This document shows, in pieces, positions 41,486 through 51,454 of a stretch of 64,000 nucleotides of DNA. The stretch is from Candidatus Heimdallarchaeota archaeon (GTDB taxonomy: Archaea > Asgardarchaeota > Heimdallarchaeia > Heimdallarchaeales > Heimdallarchaeaceae): positions 240,233 to 304,232 of the forward strand of contig JAHLWR010000001.1 in NCBI GenBank assembly GCA_019057815.1, written 5' to 3'. Numbering within the stretch: position 1 is the first letter of the stretch; every line of letters starts with the position of its first letter. A program made the position numbers and the translations under genes. The notes beneath the pieces were generated by a model, which was not told the DNA's origin, made no database searches, and saw only the letters and a program-made list of their open reading frames with translations.

Positions 41486-41845
41486 TTATTTCTTTAGTTC
41501 TTCTATTTTTTTTGTTAAGTTTGTGAGAGATATTTTCGCTTCTCCTGCGTCTACAATTGCTATTGATGCAGAACCTATCTTTAATCCAGCAGCATCTCCA
41601 AGTCCATCTTTTGATGGGACAAAAGTATAGGAGATTTTTTTCTCTTCACATAAAAGTGGTAAATGCATAACGATTTCAGGAGGGGAAACATCTTCAGCAA
41701 TATAAACTAAAAGGGCTGTTTGCCGTTCTATTGCTTTAGTAACTTCATTTGTTCCTTTCCTAATTTTACCTGTTCTAATAGAAGATTCTAAAACATTTAG
41801 TGACTCCTTAACGAGCTCTTCGGGTAAATCGATTTTTTTGTACAT
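41486..41845 (-). CDS. rpl7ae: 50S ribosomal protein L7Ae
   Basis: KGTNEVTKAIER, AEDVSPPEIV.HLP.LC. Confidence 0.96.
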   Translation of the reverse strand: MYKKIDLPEELVKESLNVLESSIRTGKIRKGTNEVTKAIERQTALLVYIAEDVSPPEIVMHLPLLCEEKKISYTFVPSKDGLGDAAGLKIGSASIAIVDAGEAKISLTNLTKKIEELKK

Positions 41846-41852
41846 GTTTTTT

Positions 41853-41891
41853 TCACCTCAGGAATTCGAAAAGAATTCCATCATAAGGTCA
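41853..41891 (-). promoter_or_regulatory. Box C/D-like K-turn overlapping the rpl7ae Shine-Dalgarno (autoregulatory leader)
   Basis: Minus strand reads ACCUU-AUGAUG-GAAUUC-UUUUC-GAAUUC-CUGA-GGUGA-N7-AUG. Confidence 0.75.
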
Positions 41892-41958
41892 TTATTAAGA
41901 GACGAGAATTTGTTGAATTTAAAAGAATTACCTTTAACGAGTTCTTCATTGGTTTTTT

Positions 41959-42756
41959 TTACTCTTTTGTCAATGTTGTACACTTTGTTTCTTCGTTATT
42001 TAATAACCTCAATAGTCGATTCTTAACCAATCCATTGACAATCTGAACCCTTTCCACATTATTTAGTATATGAAAGATAGAAGAGATTTTTCCTATCATA
42101 TTTCCTGTTACATCTATGGTTTGATTGTTTATAATCTCGACAAATTTTAAGTCTTGAAGCTCGGATATTGTTGCTTTTTCAATTAAAAATGTTTCATTTG
42201 ATTCAGGTTTTTCTCCCCACAAACCATCTACATCAGTCACAAAGATTACTCGATTTATAGACAATCTTTGAGATAAAAAATCTATCAATGTATCACCACT
42301 AAGAATTGTGAAAGAATTGTTTTTCTCAAAGCAAATATCACCGTATAATACAGGGGTTAAACCAAGAGAAAAAGCCTTTTCGATGGGCTGTAAGAAAAAT
42401 TCTTGGTGTTTTTTTTCTGAATCCAAATAAGCTAAAGCACTAGTTTGAAAACTTAATGCTTGTACGCCCTGATCACGTAAATTTTCTACTACACTTCGAT
42501 TAAGCTTTAGCATATCTTCCCGAATCTGGAGCAAACCTTTAAGCTGGGATTCATTTCTATATCCTGAAATTATATCATGTTTCTCTGCAATTATATGACC
42601 AAAAGAACCAGCACCATGAACTATAATACATTTTTTCCCCCATCTTCCAATTTCAGTACAAATTTGTTTCAAAGCTTCGTCTTTGAGAGTTGCATATTCA
42701 GATTTATTTGTAATTACAGACCCACCTATCTTTATTACGTCAATCTTTTTAGTCAT
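41959..42756 (-). CDS. ipk: Isopentenyl phosphate kinase
   Basis: KIGGSVIT, HGAGSFGH, SGD, DVTGNM..K; adjacent to mvk. Confidence 0.9.
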   Translation of the reverse strand: MTKKIDVIKIGGSVITNKSEYATLKDEALKQICTEIGRWGKKCIIVHGAGSFGHIIAEKHDIISGYRNESQLKGLLQIREDMLKLNRSVVENLRDQGVQALSFQTSALAYLDSEKKHQEFFLQPIEKAFSLGLTPVLYGDICFEKNNSFTILSGDTLIDFLSQRLSINRVIFVTDVDGLWGEKPESNETFLIEKATISELQDLKFVEIINNQTIDVTGNMIGKISSIFHILNNVERVQIVNGLVKNRLLRLLNNEETKCTTLTKE

Positions 42757-43720
42757 CTATTGTCACACCAATTTTTGTATAATTTGCAGTAAAAGCTTGA
42801 TATCCTTTTTTCTTAATATTTTTTATAGCTGAATGAGCATCTTTAATGTTGTCAAATAACCCAACAACACATCCACCAACACCAGCACCTGTGAGTTTTT
42901 CGCCCACAGAACCATTTTTCTTAAGTATTAACAATAAGTCTGTCACTTTGGAATGACCCACACCTAATTGTTCTAAGAGGGTCTGATTTTCTTTCATTAG
43001 TTCACCGATTTCATCAAGCTTATTATTTTTGATACATTCCTTTCCCCTAATAACAATGCTATGAATTAAGTGGAAAATTTCTTCGGTTTTTTCTTGTTTT
43101 CTTTTGTAGTTTTTTTGAACATTTGCAACTATATCTTTGGTATTTCTTTCTATCATACTATTTGCAATAACCCAGAATCCAGAAAAATCATCAATGGTTA
43201 TTTGTTCCATTAATCCATTTTGATAAAGAATAGATCCACCATAAGTTGAGATGTTATTGTCAATACCACTTGGTTGCCCATGTTGGATTTTTTCAGCTTC
43301 AAAAGCTATTTTGTTTACATCTTCTAAAGAGTAGTTTCCTCCCAAGAAAGTTGAAAGAGAATTAGTTAAAGCCACAGAAACAGCTGCACTTGAACCTAAA
43401 CCTGATGAAGAAGGTATTGAAGAGCTTATATCAATTTGTAGTGGGAGATTAGATTGGAAGTTGTCAATTAGTTTTTTTATTAAAAAAAGAATAGCTTGTA
43501 AAGAAGAGGGAAAAGATTCTTTACATGAGACTAAAAACGTCTTACCTGGATAAAGATTTGTTGATAACACAACATCTTCATCTGATGAGTAGCTCGAAAC
43601 AGTGCATTTCGCTCTTCTATCAATTGCTATAGCTAATGCAGGATAACCATAAACAACTGCATGCTCCCCAAATAAGATTATCTTACCTGGAGCAGTATAA
43701 GTTATTCTGCTACTATTCAT
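42749..43720 (-). CDS. mvk: Mevalonate kinase
   Basis: PGKIILFGEHAVVYG, GLGSSAA, SGID, KLTGAG.GG. Confidence 0.93.
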   Translation of the reverse strand: MNSSRITYTAPGKIILFGEHAVVYGYPALAIAIDRRAKCTVSSYSSDEDVVLSTNLYPGKTFLVSCKESFPSSLQAILFLIKKLIDNFQSNLPLQIDISSSIPSSSGLGSSAAVSVALTNSLSTFLGGNYSLEDVNKIAFEAEKIQHGQPSGIDNNISTYGGSILYQNGLMEQITIDDFSGFWVIANSMIERNTKDIVANVQKNYKRKQEKTEEIFHLIHSIVIRGKECIKNNKLDEIGELMKENQTLLEQLGVGHSKVTDLLLILKKNGSVGEKLTGAGVGGCVVGLFDNIKDAHSAIKNIKKKGYQAFTANYTKIGVTIDD

Positions 43721-43796
43721 ATGAAAACAAAAACATTAACCATTATAAAAAAATTGGTTTGAATTAAATAAAATAAGAAGCAAAAAGGATAAAATA

Positions 43797-44435
43797 TCAG
43801 CTTTTCAACAATTTGAAAGAGAAATCTTCAACAGTTTCTTTCAGATCCTCTGTTTCACCTAATTCTCCACGTTCTCTTAATATTTGTCTAGTTAGAAGGT
43901 AATACACTTGAGCTAAAGATTTTCGTCCTTTGTTATTAACTGGGACAACAAAATCAACATAGGTTGTGATATTATCTGTATCACATAAAGCAACTGTAGG
44001 AATACCTCTAGAAGCAGCCTCGGTTAAAGCTTGTTTGTCTGCTCTTGGATCTGTGAGAATTACAGCATCAGGTTCGATATATTTCTCATAAGAAGGATTA
44101 GTGAGAGTCCCTGGTATGAAACGCCCGGGAACAACAGTAAAACCGCAAAGACGAGCCATTTTAGTGCTTGGAACAGAAGCATATTGTCTAGTTGCAAAAA
44201 CTGCAACCTTAGAAGACTCGAAACGAGCTAAAAATTTTGCTGCTATTCTGACTCTATCATCTGTTGCATTTACATCTAAAACATAAATTCCATCAGATCT
44301 AATTCTGTATTGAAAAGGTAACATAAAGCTTGTGCACACGCTTGTACCAATGTGGATACCACTTACTAAATATTCATCTCTGGGTATCAGCAGTTGTTTT
44401 TCTTCTTCTTGAGTTACTTCAGTTTCATCAGACAT
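43797..44435 (-). CDS. rps2: 30S ribosomal protein S2 (archaeal uS2)
   Basis: SGIHIG, GRFIPGTLTNP, P.NNKGRKSL. Confidence 0.96.
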   Translation of the reverse strand: MSDETEVTQEEEKQLLIPRDEYLVSGIHIGTSVCTSFMLPFQYRIRSDGIYVLDVNATDDRVRIAAKFLARFESSKVAVFATRQYASVPSTKMARLCGFTVVPGRFIPGTLTNPSYEKYIEPDAVILTDPRADKQALTEAASRGIPTVALCDTDNITTYVDFVVPVNNKGRKSLAQVYYLLTRQILRERGELGETEDLKETVEDFSFKLLKS

Positions 44436-44548
44436 TTTTAATCCTCATATACTTAGATGGATATTATTTACCTCATTATGGGCAGTAAGAGCTCAAACAA
44501 TTTCAATAAAAACCTTCTGTTCTTTCAGTTCGTTGAAGAAAATCCTCA

Positions 44549-44740
44549 TTATGTAAAGGGGAGGAATTCGTCAATTAGGTCAATATGAGAGATTATCATT
44601 CGGCGACAGCACCATCTTTTAACATGTAAATCATCCAACACTTTGTTGGGTTTTTCTCCTTCTTCTACACGTTTACTAAAAACTTCAAACTTATCTCCAA
44701 TCAATGCACCACAAGAGAAACAGCGAACGGGTATTAGTAT
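44549..44740 (-). CDS. rpoN: RNA polymerase subunit N (Rpo10)
   Basis: IPVRCFSCG...RWCCRRM; start uncertain (ATA 44740 behind SD, or upstream ATG 44776). Confidence 0.93.
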   Translation of the reverse strand: MLIPVRCFSCGALIGDKFEVFSKRVEEGEKPNKVLDDLHVKRWCCRRMIISHIDLIDEFLPFT

Positions 44741-44797
44741 CTTGAGCACCTCACTCTCAAAATCCTTCTTGAGCATTTAACATTTGTGTTTATGTAT

Positions 44798-45967
44798 CTA
44801 AAATCCCCAATCACGAGCGATTTTGAATCCCCTATACATATAAAATAAGCCAACAGGATGAAACAATAAGGAAGGTTTCATGGAAATTTTTGCTAGAGTT
44901 TTCAGAATTCTTATACCTTCAATGCGGTTGATATACTGTCTATTAAAAACTTGACCTATCTTTGCTAAAACAGCATTCGAACAGCTATAAAAGAACTCAT
45001 GACATTTCAAATTTAGTGTGCTCATAAATTTATATTTCTGAAGATTTTTTTGATAATCTCCAGAATCAGGAATTGGCTCTTTTTCGCCACGTAAAAGTAC
45101 AGCAGATAAGAATTCCCCTGCAACTCTACCACTGGTCATTCCTAAACGAATACCGCCATAAAAAAGAGGGTTAACCATCCCTGCTGTATCACCTACTAAT
45201 AATATTCTGTCACCTTGTAATTTGCTAACAGGTCCCTTCATTGGAATAGTACCACCAACTTTTTTAAGAATATCTCCTGCTATATTACATTCTTTGAGAA
45301 AATTGTCCAATCGCTCCTTCCTGTTTTGAGCGGTTGTTACAATTCCAACGTTAGTTTCATTATCTCGAGGAAAAATCCAACAGTACCCATAAGGGCTTCT
45401 TTTTGCATCAAAATAGAACTTCACATCTTCTCCCCATTCACCCTTAATTTTGTACTCAAACGCTCTAATTGAGATAGGTGTGTCAAAGCCCATACTTCTA
45501 GCTAAGTTAGCTCTTGATCCTTCCGCTAATATGACATGCTCACATTCATAATGCTCCTTACTATTTCCTGAAACGATCAATTCAATGTGTTCTTTTTTTC
45601 TTCTAAGCTCAGTAATTTTGCTTGATAGTCGAATTTCACCCCCATTTTCAATGGCTTTCTCTGCTAAATAATTATCAAACTCATCTCTCTTAATCATAAA
45701 CGAATGAATATCTCCAAAAATTTGGGTGTTAGAGGGAAAGTGTATTTTGGTGTCTTTGAAATCTCTAATCACAAAATCGCATTTCTCAGGAGAAAGTGAC
45801 AAATCTTCAAAAACACCAATACTGACTCCTTCACCACATTGAATTGGTCGCCCTATAGAAGAATGTTCTTCAAAAACGACAGGAGAAATTCCACTCTTTG
45901 AAAGAGTTAAAGCTGCTGTCAAACCTGCTGGTCCTCCCCCTACGATTGCAACTTCTATTCTTTTCAT
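44798..45967 (-). CDS. Geranylgeranyl reductase family FAD oxidoreductase
   Basis: VGGGPAG, CGEG, PYGYCWIFP, GDTAG..NP...GGI. Confidence 0.85.
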   Translation of the reverse strand: MKRIEVAIVGGGPAGLTAALTLSKSGISPVVFEEHSSIGRPIQCGEGVSIGVFEDLSLSPEKCDFVIRDFKDTKIHFPSNTQIFGDIHSFMIKRDEFDNYLAEKAIENGGEIRLSSKITELRRKKEHIELIVSGNSKEHYECEHVILAEGSRANLARSMGFDTPISIRAFEYKIKGEWGEDVKFYFDAKRSPYGYCWIFPRDNETNVGIVTTAQNRKERLDNFLKECNIAGDILKKVGGTIPMKGPVSKLQGDRILLVGDTAGMVNPLFYGGIRLGMTSGRVAGEFLSAVLLRGEKEPIPDSGDYQKNLQKYKFMSTLNLKCHEFFYSCSNAVLAKIGQVFNRQYINRIEGIRILKTLAKISMKPSLLFHPVGLFYMYRGFKIARDWGF

Positions 45968-46094
45968 AAGTGCTTGTTATTCTGAAAATACAAAAATATA
46001 TCGGATTCCTATATCGGTTGCGAAAGTTTTTTAGATAAACTTTCTTTCTCTAGCACAATTGAAGCAGAAATAAAAAATTAGGAGAGTTTATTAA

Positions 46095-47372
46095 ATGGAC
46101 CCAATAAGAACGATGTTAGCTGAATGGACAAGTGAAGTACCAGAAAGTGAAATTAGAAAACTCTTGAAGCAAAAAACAAAATATTACCTCGCAGGAGGAC
46201 TTCCAGGAAACTTACCCACTAAAATTTTCCCGGAGATATTAAGGGAACTAGCAGAATATTATGATTCAGATGAGCAAAATGTAATCAATGAGTTTCAATA
46301 TGGCCCTACCGCTGGTCACCCTGGTCTTCAAAAAGTTTTAGCAGAAAGACTAGCAAAAAGAGATAAAATCCCAGGTATAAGTGGCGAACAAGACTATGAA
46401 AAAGTGTTTATCTCAACAGGATCTCAACAAGGTACATATCTTGTCCTTGACATTCTTATTAACAAAGGAGATATAATCATAACACCTAGCCCAGCATATT
46501 TAGGGTTTGTAACAGCTTGTGTAAAAGTAGGAGGACATGTTGTGACCGCACCTACTGATGAATATGGTTTAATCCCAGAATATGTTGAAAATACCATAGT
46601 TAAAGCTGAAGAAGGGTTTGGAAAGAAGGTTAAACTCCTTTATGTTGTAAGCGATAGCGATAATCCAAAAGGAACAACCCTACCTGTTAAGAGGAGAGAA
46701 GCCTTGTTTAATATTGCAGAACAGTATAACGTGATGATTTTAGAAGATCAAGCCTATAAAGAAATACAATTCGAAGAAAAAAGACCGCCAATCAAATCAT
46801 TTGATAAAGATAACACTCGCGTAATTTATGCTTCGACAACATCTAAAGAAGCAGCACCAATAAGAATTGGATATAATATTTTACCGGATGAATTATTTAA
46901 AGAGGCAGAAAAAGCGAAAGGGTATATAGATCTATGCACACCAACGTTAACGCAAAGACTGGTGGAAATATATTACAGAAAATACATTGATGAAGAGCTA
47001 CCAAAAATAGTCCAAAAATATAAAGAACAAAAAGGAATAGCATATAAGGCACTAGTAGAAACATTTCCGGAAGGGGAATATACAAACCCAACAGGAGGGT
47101 TTTTCATCTGGTTCCAAGCAAAAGGAGAAAAAGCATACACATTCGATGTAGACAAGTTTAACCAAGAAGTGTTATACCCAAATGAGGTACTAATAGTACC
47201 AGGAGGAGCATTCTATCCACCAAAAGGGTCATCATATGATGAGGAAGCAAGAGAAATAAAACCTCTAAAAGTAATAAAAGGAGGGATGAGGATAGGATAT
47301 TCATTCCTAAAAAAAGAGCTAATAGATGAAGGAGTAAGAAGACTAGGAAAACTACTCTCAGAGCAGCTATAA
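46095..47372 (+). CDS. Class I PLP aminotransferase (2-aminoadipate/aromatic type)
   Basis: LAGGLP, QYG, TGSQQG, NPKG, ILEDQAY, TSK...RIG, GGFFIW. Confidence 0.88.
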   Translation: MDPIRTMLAEWTSEVPESEIRKLLKQKTKYYLAGGLPGNLPTKIFPEILRELAEYYDSDEQNVINEFQYGPTAGHPGLQKVLAERLAKRDKIPGISGEQDYEKVFISTGSQQGTYLVLDILINKGDIIITPSPAYLGFVTACVKVGGHVVTAPTDEYGLIPEYVENTIVKAEEGFGKKVKLLYVVSDSDNPKGTTLPVKRREALFNIAEQYNVMILEDQAYKEIQFEEKRPPIKSFDKDNTRVIYASTTSKEAAPIRIGYNILPDELFKEAEKAKGYIDLCTPTLTQRLVEIYYRKYIDEELPKIVQKYKEQKGIAYKALVETFPEGEYTNPTGGFFIWFQAKGEKAYTFDVDKFNQEVLYPNEVLIVPGGAFYPPKGSSYDEEAREIKPLKVIKGGMRIGYSFLKKELIDEGVRRLGKLLSEQL

Positions 47373-47826
47373 CTTGAGTTTCTACAAATTTGCAATTATA
47401 GACAATTATGGAAGAGAAGAAGTATCAAAAATACAAAAATAAGATAATTACCAGAATAAACAAGAAACAAAAAAGCTCAATAATCAAATTAAGAACTATA
47501 TATACTTCTGGGCAAGAGGAGGAATATGGACAGAATAACAAGAAAAAACAAAGGATTAAGAATGAAAATATAAAAACAATTTATCCTATATAAAAAGATA
47601 TTATTTGTAGAGAAAACATTAATGTCCAACCGTTAAACAAAGGAATTGAACGAGAGGACGAAAAAGAGGAGAATACAAGGGTTTGGAGGGGGGTAGAATA
47701 GCAAAAGGTATGCAGAAGGGTTGTAATAAGGAAAAAAAAGAGCACAACCGAAAAGGTTTTTAATAGACTAAGAGGTATTGTTGATAGACTTGTCAAGAAA
47801 ACAAGTTAAATAAAGGTGTAAAACAC

Positions 47827-47997
47827 ATGATGATAGTACAGTCCAAGGTTAGGGAATATATCAAAGAGCTCGGCGACTATAAAGTTGGCGGAGACTTACT
47901 TAAAGCTCTTGATGAGAAACTCGCTATAATCGTTAAGGCTGCAGCTGGTCGTGCTAAAGCTAATGGTCGTAAGACTGTTTCCGCACGTGACCTCTAA
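47827..47997 (+). CDS. Histone-fold protein, short alpha3 / face-to-face type (56 aa)
   Basis: MMIVQSKVREYIKELGDYKVGGDLLKALDEKLAIIVKAAAGRAKANGRKTVSARDL with RKTV...D histone L2 motif; AAGGTG SD; T-rich terminator after; below ORF-track cutoff. Confidence 0.9.
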   Translation: MMIVQSKVREYIKELGDYKVGGDLLKALDEKLAIIVKAAAGRAKANGRKTVSARDL

Positions 47998-48091
47998 GGT
48001 CTTATCCTAAGCTGTTAAACCTCTAAGAACATAAGCAAAAGTTCAATCTTTCTTTCTTTTTTTCTTTTCTTTTGACTTTCTTCATACCGAC

Positions 48092-48649
48092 CTAGAAGCT
48101 AAATTCATCTTCATCTCTTTCTTTTTGGTATATTGTTAGTGGTAGTTCAGCCATTTTTGACACTGTCATATATGTCCATTTTCCTACAATTTCTACTATT
48201 ACATACACATCTGGATTCTCCATTTTCACTTTTCCTTCTTTTATTTCACTTGCTACCGCGCTGATTATATCATCTCTTTTAAGCTGTGTATGTCTTCTTC
48301 TTAGATTTATTTTCCAAGTATCTTCACTTTTTATTCTAGGTGCTAGACTTATTGCTGCTACTCTTATTTCTTCTATGCTGGTTTCAATTCTGTACTCTAT
48401 AGGTACGAGTTTTAATGTCACTTGTAACACTGCGTTATCTTCCTCAACTACTTCTTCTATTTTCTTTAGTGTTATAATTGGGTTTTCTTCGAACTTTGCT
48501 ATTGATAATCCTGATATCTCTTTTATTGGATACACCTCTACATTGGTACATTCCAGTATTTCTGTCAGTAAAAAGAAAACCTCGCTTGAAGCATTTCGTT
48601 CAAGTGTTCTTGAACTTGATATCATTAAACCGTGGAATATTTGCATCAC
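48092..48649 (-). CDS. THUMP domain RNA-binding protein
   Basis: LKLVPI, TWKINLRRR, KVKMENPD..V.VEI. Confidence 0.8.
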   Translation of the reverse strand: MMQIFHGLMISSSRTLERNASSEVFFLLTEILECTNVEVYPIKEISGLSIAKFEENPIITLKKIEEVVEEDNAVLQVTLKLVPIEYRIETSIEEIRVAAISLAPRIKSEDTWKINLRRRHTQLKRDDIISAVASEIKEGKVKMENPDVYVIVEIVGKWTYMTVSKMAELPLTIYQKERDEDEFSF

Positions 48650-48714
48650 AATAGCTTTAATTTAATATAAAAAGAATTTTTCCCTTTTGTACATTACAAC
48701 GCTTCAAGTTTTTT

Positions 48715-49521
48715 TTATTCACTAGATGATTGGTGTACTACCATTCTTGTTATTCTCTTTACTAATATCACTACAATTGATATTCCAAATAACAGATATA
48801 GTCCTCCATCAAATAGTAAAAACGCTGTAGCACCGTAAATAAAACTCACAATTCCCTTAGTTGTTGTTAAACCATCTAGCAGATATGGAATTCTTATAAT
48901 TAACGTAGCACCAATTATGTATAATAGAGGAGCCATTGTAAGGGATATCCATTTTGTTCTAATTGTTATCCCTCTATCCCAGTTTGGAATCTCAGGATTG
49001 AACGCGCTAGGTTTCTTATCATATTTCGACAGCAAGATGGGGAATGGATGTGAGAGACGTTTCATCTTATTTGATCTAACTGTTTCAAACATTATTCCCG
49101 CTTTCTCAAATTTGTTCATAATTTCATATGCTTGTTCAAAACCCAATTTTATGTCTATAGTAAGGAGTCTTTTTGGTCTTATTCTCAGAATATATCGATC
49201 TTCTTGTGCAAGTAAATAAACACCTAACAATTTTGAAAATAGCCATTCTCTGGTCCTTTTAAATTCAATAAAGACTATTTTTTGGCCCTCAAAATTTATG
49301 ATTACATCTCCTTTGACAAAAAGATAGACTAAGAGAATTAAGATGCCATTAAGGGCACCAAAGTAGAACCATAAGGAAATACCAAACAAATTCCCAATAA
49401 GGACATGATTCCGATAAGGAACAAAATAAATAAGAGCGTTCAGAGAGAGCAACAGGAATATCGTTCCTATTTTTCTATGAACCTTGTGCTCATATTGGGA
49501 ATCCTTATCTCCACTAGACAT
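48715..49521 (-). CDS. Hypothetical membrane protein (4 TM)
   Basis: Two TM pairs flanking a soluble domain. Confidence 0.65.
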   Translation of the reverse strand: MSSGDKDSQYEHKVHRKIGTIFLLLSLNALIYFVPYRNHVLIGNLFGISLWFYFGALNGILILLVYLFVKGDVIINFEGQKIVFIEFKRTREWLFSKLLGVYLLAQEDRYILRIRPKRLLTIDIKLGFEQAYEIMNKFEKAGIMFETVRSNKMKRLSHPFPILLSKYDKKPSAFNPEIPNWDRGITIRTKWISLTMAPLLYIIGATLIIRIPYLLDGLTTTKGIVSFIYGATAFLLFDGGLYLLFGISIVVILVKRITRMVVHQSSSE

Positions 49522-49601
49522 GTTAAACTAGAATCAGCTGAAAAACATATGAAGTTTTCGTTAAAACAGTTGAAAATGTTTGAGATTAGAAGCACAATCA
49601 C

Positions 49602-51434
49602 TCATTTCTCTTTTTTCAAAATGGTAAACCAGTCAGGAAAGTCAGGGGCTTTTTTTTCTTCAAAATTATACTCCCACAAAACAGAATCTCCTTTTGTTTC
49701 TACCTTATCAAAATTTGATTCTGTAAATAACCTCTCAATGGCTTCATTACGCTCTGTTTTCCGGTATTTACCTACTAATACCTTCGCTTTATCCTTTTTT
49801 GCTTCCGTCATTAAATAAGAAAGAAAAGTTTGTTCAACCGTTTTACCCATTGCTCGGCACGAAAAAGTCAAAATATCCATTATCCACTTTTCATCAGCTT
49901 TTCGTATAACTGTAACACCTATTAATCCATACTCTCCATATCTATCATATAGGTTTACAACATAGATTTTTTCATTATCTGATTGATGAAATTGAAGAAT
50001 CTGTTCTTTGGAATACCTAACTGCTGTGGCGTTTAATTGGTTTGTTCTCTGGATTAGCTCAGTCACACGTCCTAAATTCACATCTTTTGCTTCTCGCATC
50101 CAGAGTTCCAAATTACATGAACGTAAAAAACCCTCTTTATCTAATGCAAGCTTCTTTTCATCACCTTCGCGCTTTCTTTGATGCACATACATCTGTGTTC
50201 TCTTTGCGCTTTCATCTGTTAGTTTACCTATGGGTTCAAATTCTATTCTGTTAAGAGAATGAAGTATTCCTGTTTCAGGCAAAACCAATACATCAGGCAA
50301 GAATATTTTAATCTGATCTCTTTCGTATGGATTATCATCAAAAAAGGCAAGGGAGTCAATACCTATATTGAGTTCTTGAGCTATTTCTACTATACTTTGA
50401 GCTTTATCATTCCAATTAATTTTCTTAACCGAAAATAATTCAGATATTGTTCCTAGTACTTTGTCTACGAGTGGCTCAATATTACTATCATTTTTACTTG
50501 CAATAGCTAGTAAGATACCACGTTTTGTTAATAGTTTAAGTATCGTTAATCGATTGTAATAGACATTAATACCTTCGACACCATCATCTCGTAGAATTCC
50601 GTCCCATAGAGTATTATCTAAATCAACTACCACACATTTGATTCTCTTACCAAAACCTCTAATTGTTTTTATGTGATTAAGTAACTCATTTCCTATGGTG
50701 ACTGCTCCTTCTCTGCTGATGTGCTCATATATACCATCAGCATCATTTTCTCGAAGCTGATAACCAACACCTGCTTTGATGAATGACTCATTAACCGATA
50801 AAATATAAACATCGTCTTCTTTTTTAGCTAAATCATAAAATGCTAGTTCTAAAAGACCCAAAAATTCTCTTAAACTAAACGAATTTGGAAGATTCTTGTA
50901 ATCAAAACGCCCCAATGATGGTCGGATAACTAAAGGATAGGTCATAACAAAAAATGTTCCCTCAATTTTTGTTCTTGCTTGTTCAATACCATTTAGAATT
51001 CTTTGTCTTATGAAGTTAACTTGGTCATTTTGAGATTCTATGTTGGCTTTATTGTGTTGTATATTACTAATCTCATTACGTACGAATTGCGCATCACTTA
51101 TTACAACTATATTAGGTTTGAACTTAAATACTCCACCGTCAAAGTCGCTGAGTGCTAAATTTGGGTCTGATGCTTCATTATGATCAAAAGTGTGGTAACA
51201 TGCTGCACCATTAGCTTCTAAATATTCCTTTAAGAATGATATTTCACACCCTCCAACAAAAGCAATTCTCAAAGTTTTAAGTAATTCTTTCTCAGGTGTA
51301 GCGAGTTGGGTTGCTATATTTACAGGTTTTGCTACTTGTCTGACTTCTTGAGTTAATCTATTGATAACCATATTTCTAAATTTTTTATCAACAAGCATTC
51401 GTTTCAAGATTTTGAGGATACGCTTTAGACTCAT
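49602..51434 (-). CDS. FkbH-like HAD-IIIC phosphatase/glyceryl transferase with N-terminal SGNH-like and C-terminal GNAT-like domains
   Basis: DLDNTLWDG, ASKN, INWNDK, F.DDNPYER, L.QRTNQLN, DRYGEYG, SCRAMG. Confidence 0.88.
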   Translation of the reverse strand: MSLKRILKILKRMLVDKKFRNMVINRLTQEVRQVAKPVNIATQLATPEKELLKTLRIAFVGGCEISFLKEYLEANGAACYHTFDHNEASDPNLALSDFDGGVFKFKPNIVVISDAQFVRNEISNIQHNKANIESQNDQVNFIRQRILNGIEQARTKIEGTFFVMTYPLVIRPSLGRFDYKNLPNSFSLREFLGLLELAFYDLAKKEDDVYILSVNESFIKAGVGYQLRENDADGIYEHISREGAVTIGNELLNHIKTIRGFGKRIKCVVVDLDNTLWDGILRDDGVEGINVYYNRLTILKLLTKRGILLAIASKNDSNIEPLVDKVLGTISELFSVKKINWNDKAQSIVEIAQELNIGIDSLAFFDDNPYERDQIKIFLPDVLVLPETGILHSLNRIEFEPIGKLTDESAKRTQMYVHQRKREGDEKKLALDKEGFLRSCNLELWMREAKDVNLGRVTELIQRTNQLNATAVRYSKEQILQFHQSDNEKIYVVNLYDRYGEYGLIGVTVIRKADEKWIMDILTFSCRAMGKTVEQTFLSYLMTEAKKDKAKVLVGKYRKTERNEAIERLFTESNFDKVETKGDSVLWEYNFEEKKAPDFPDWFTILKKEK

Positions 51435-51454
51435 CGTTTACCACTTAACCTCTA

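Noticed and set aside
41808-41947. 14-nt near-direct repeat (ttaacgagYtcttc) upstream of and inside rpl7ae
   Set aside because: Short, with one mismatch; compatible with chance.
47408-47796. ORFs 47408-47593 (+) and 47581-47796 (-)
   Set aside because: Low-complexity translations of the purine-rich spacer.
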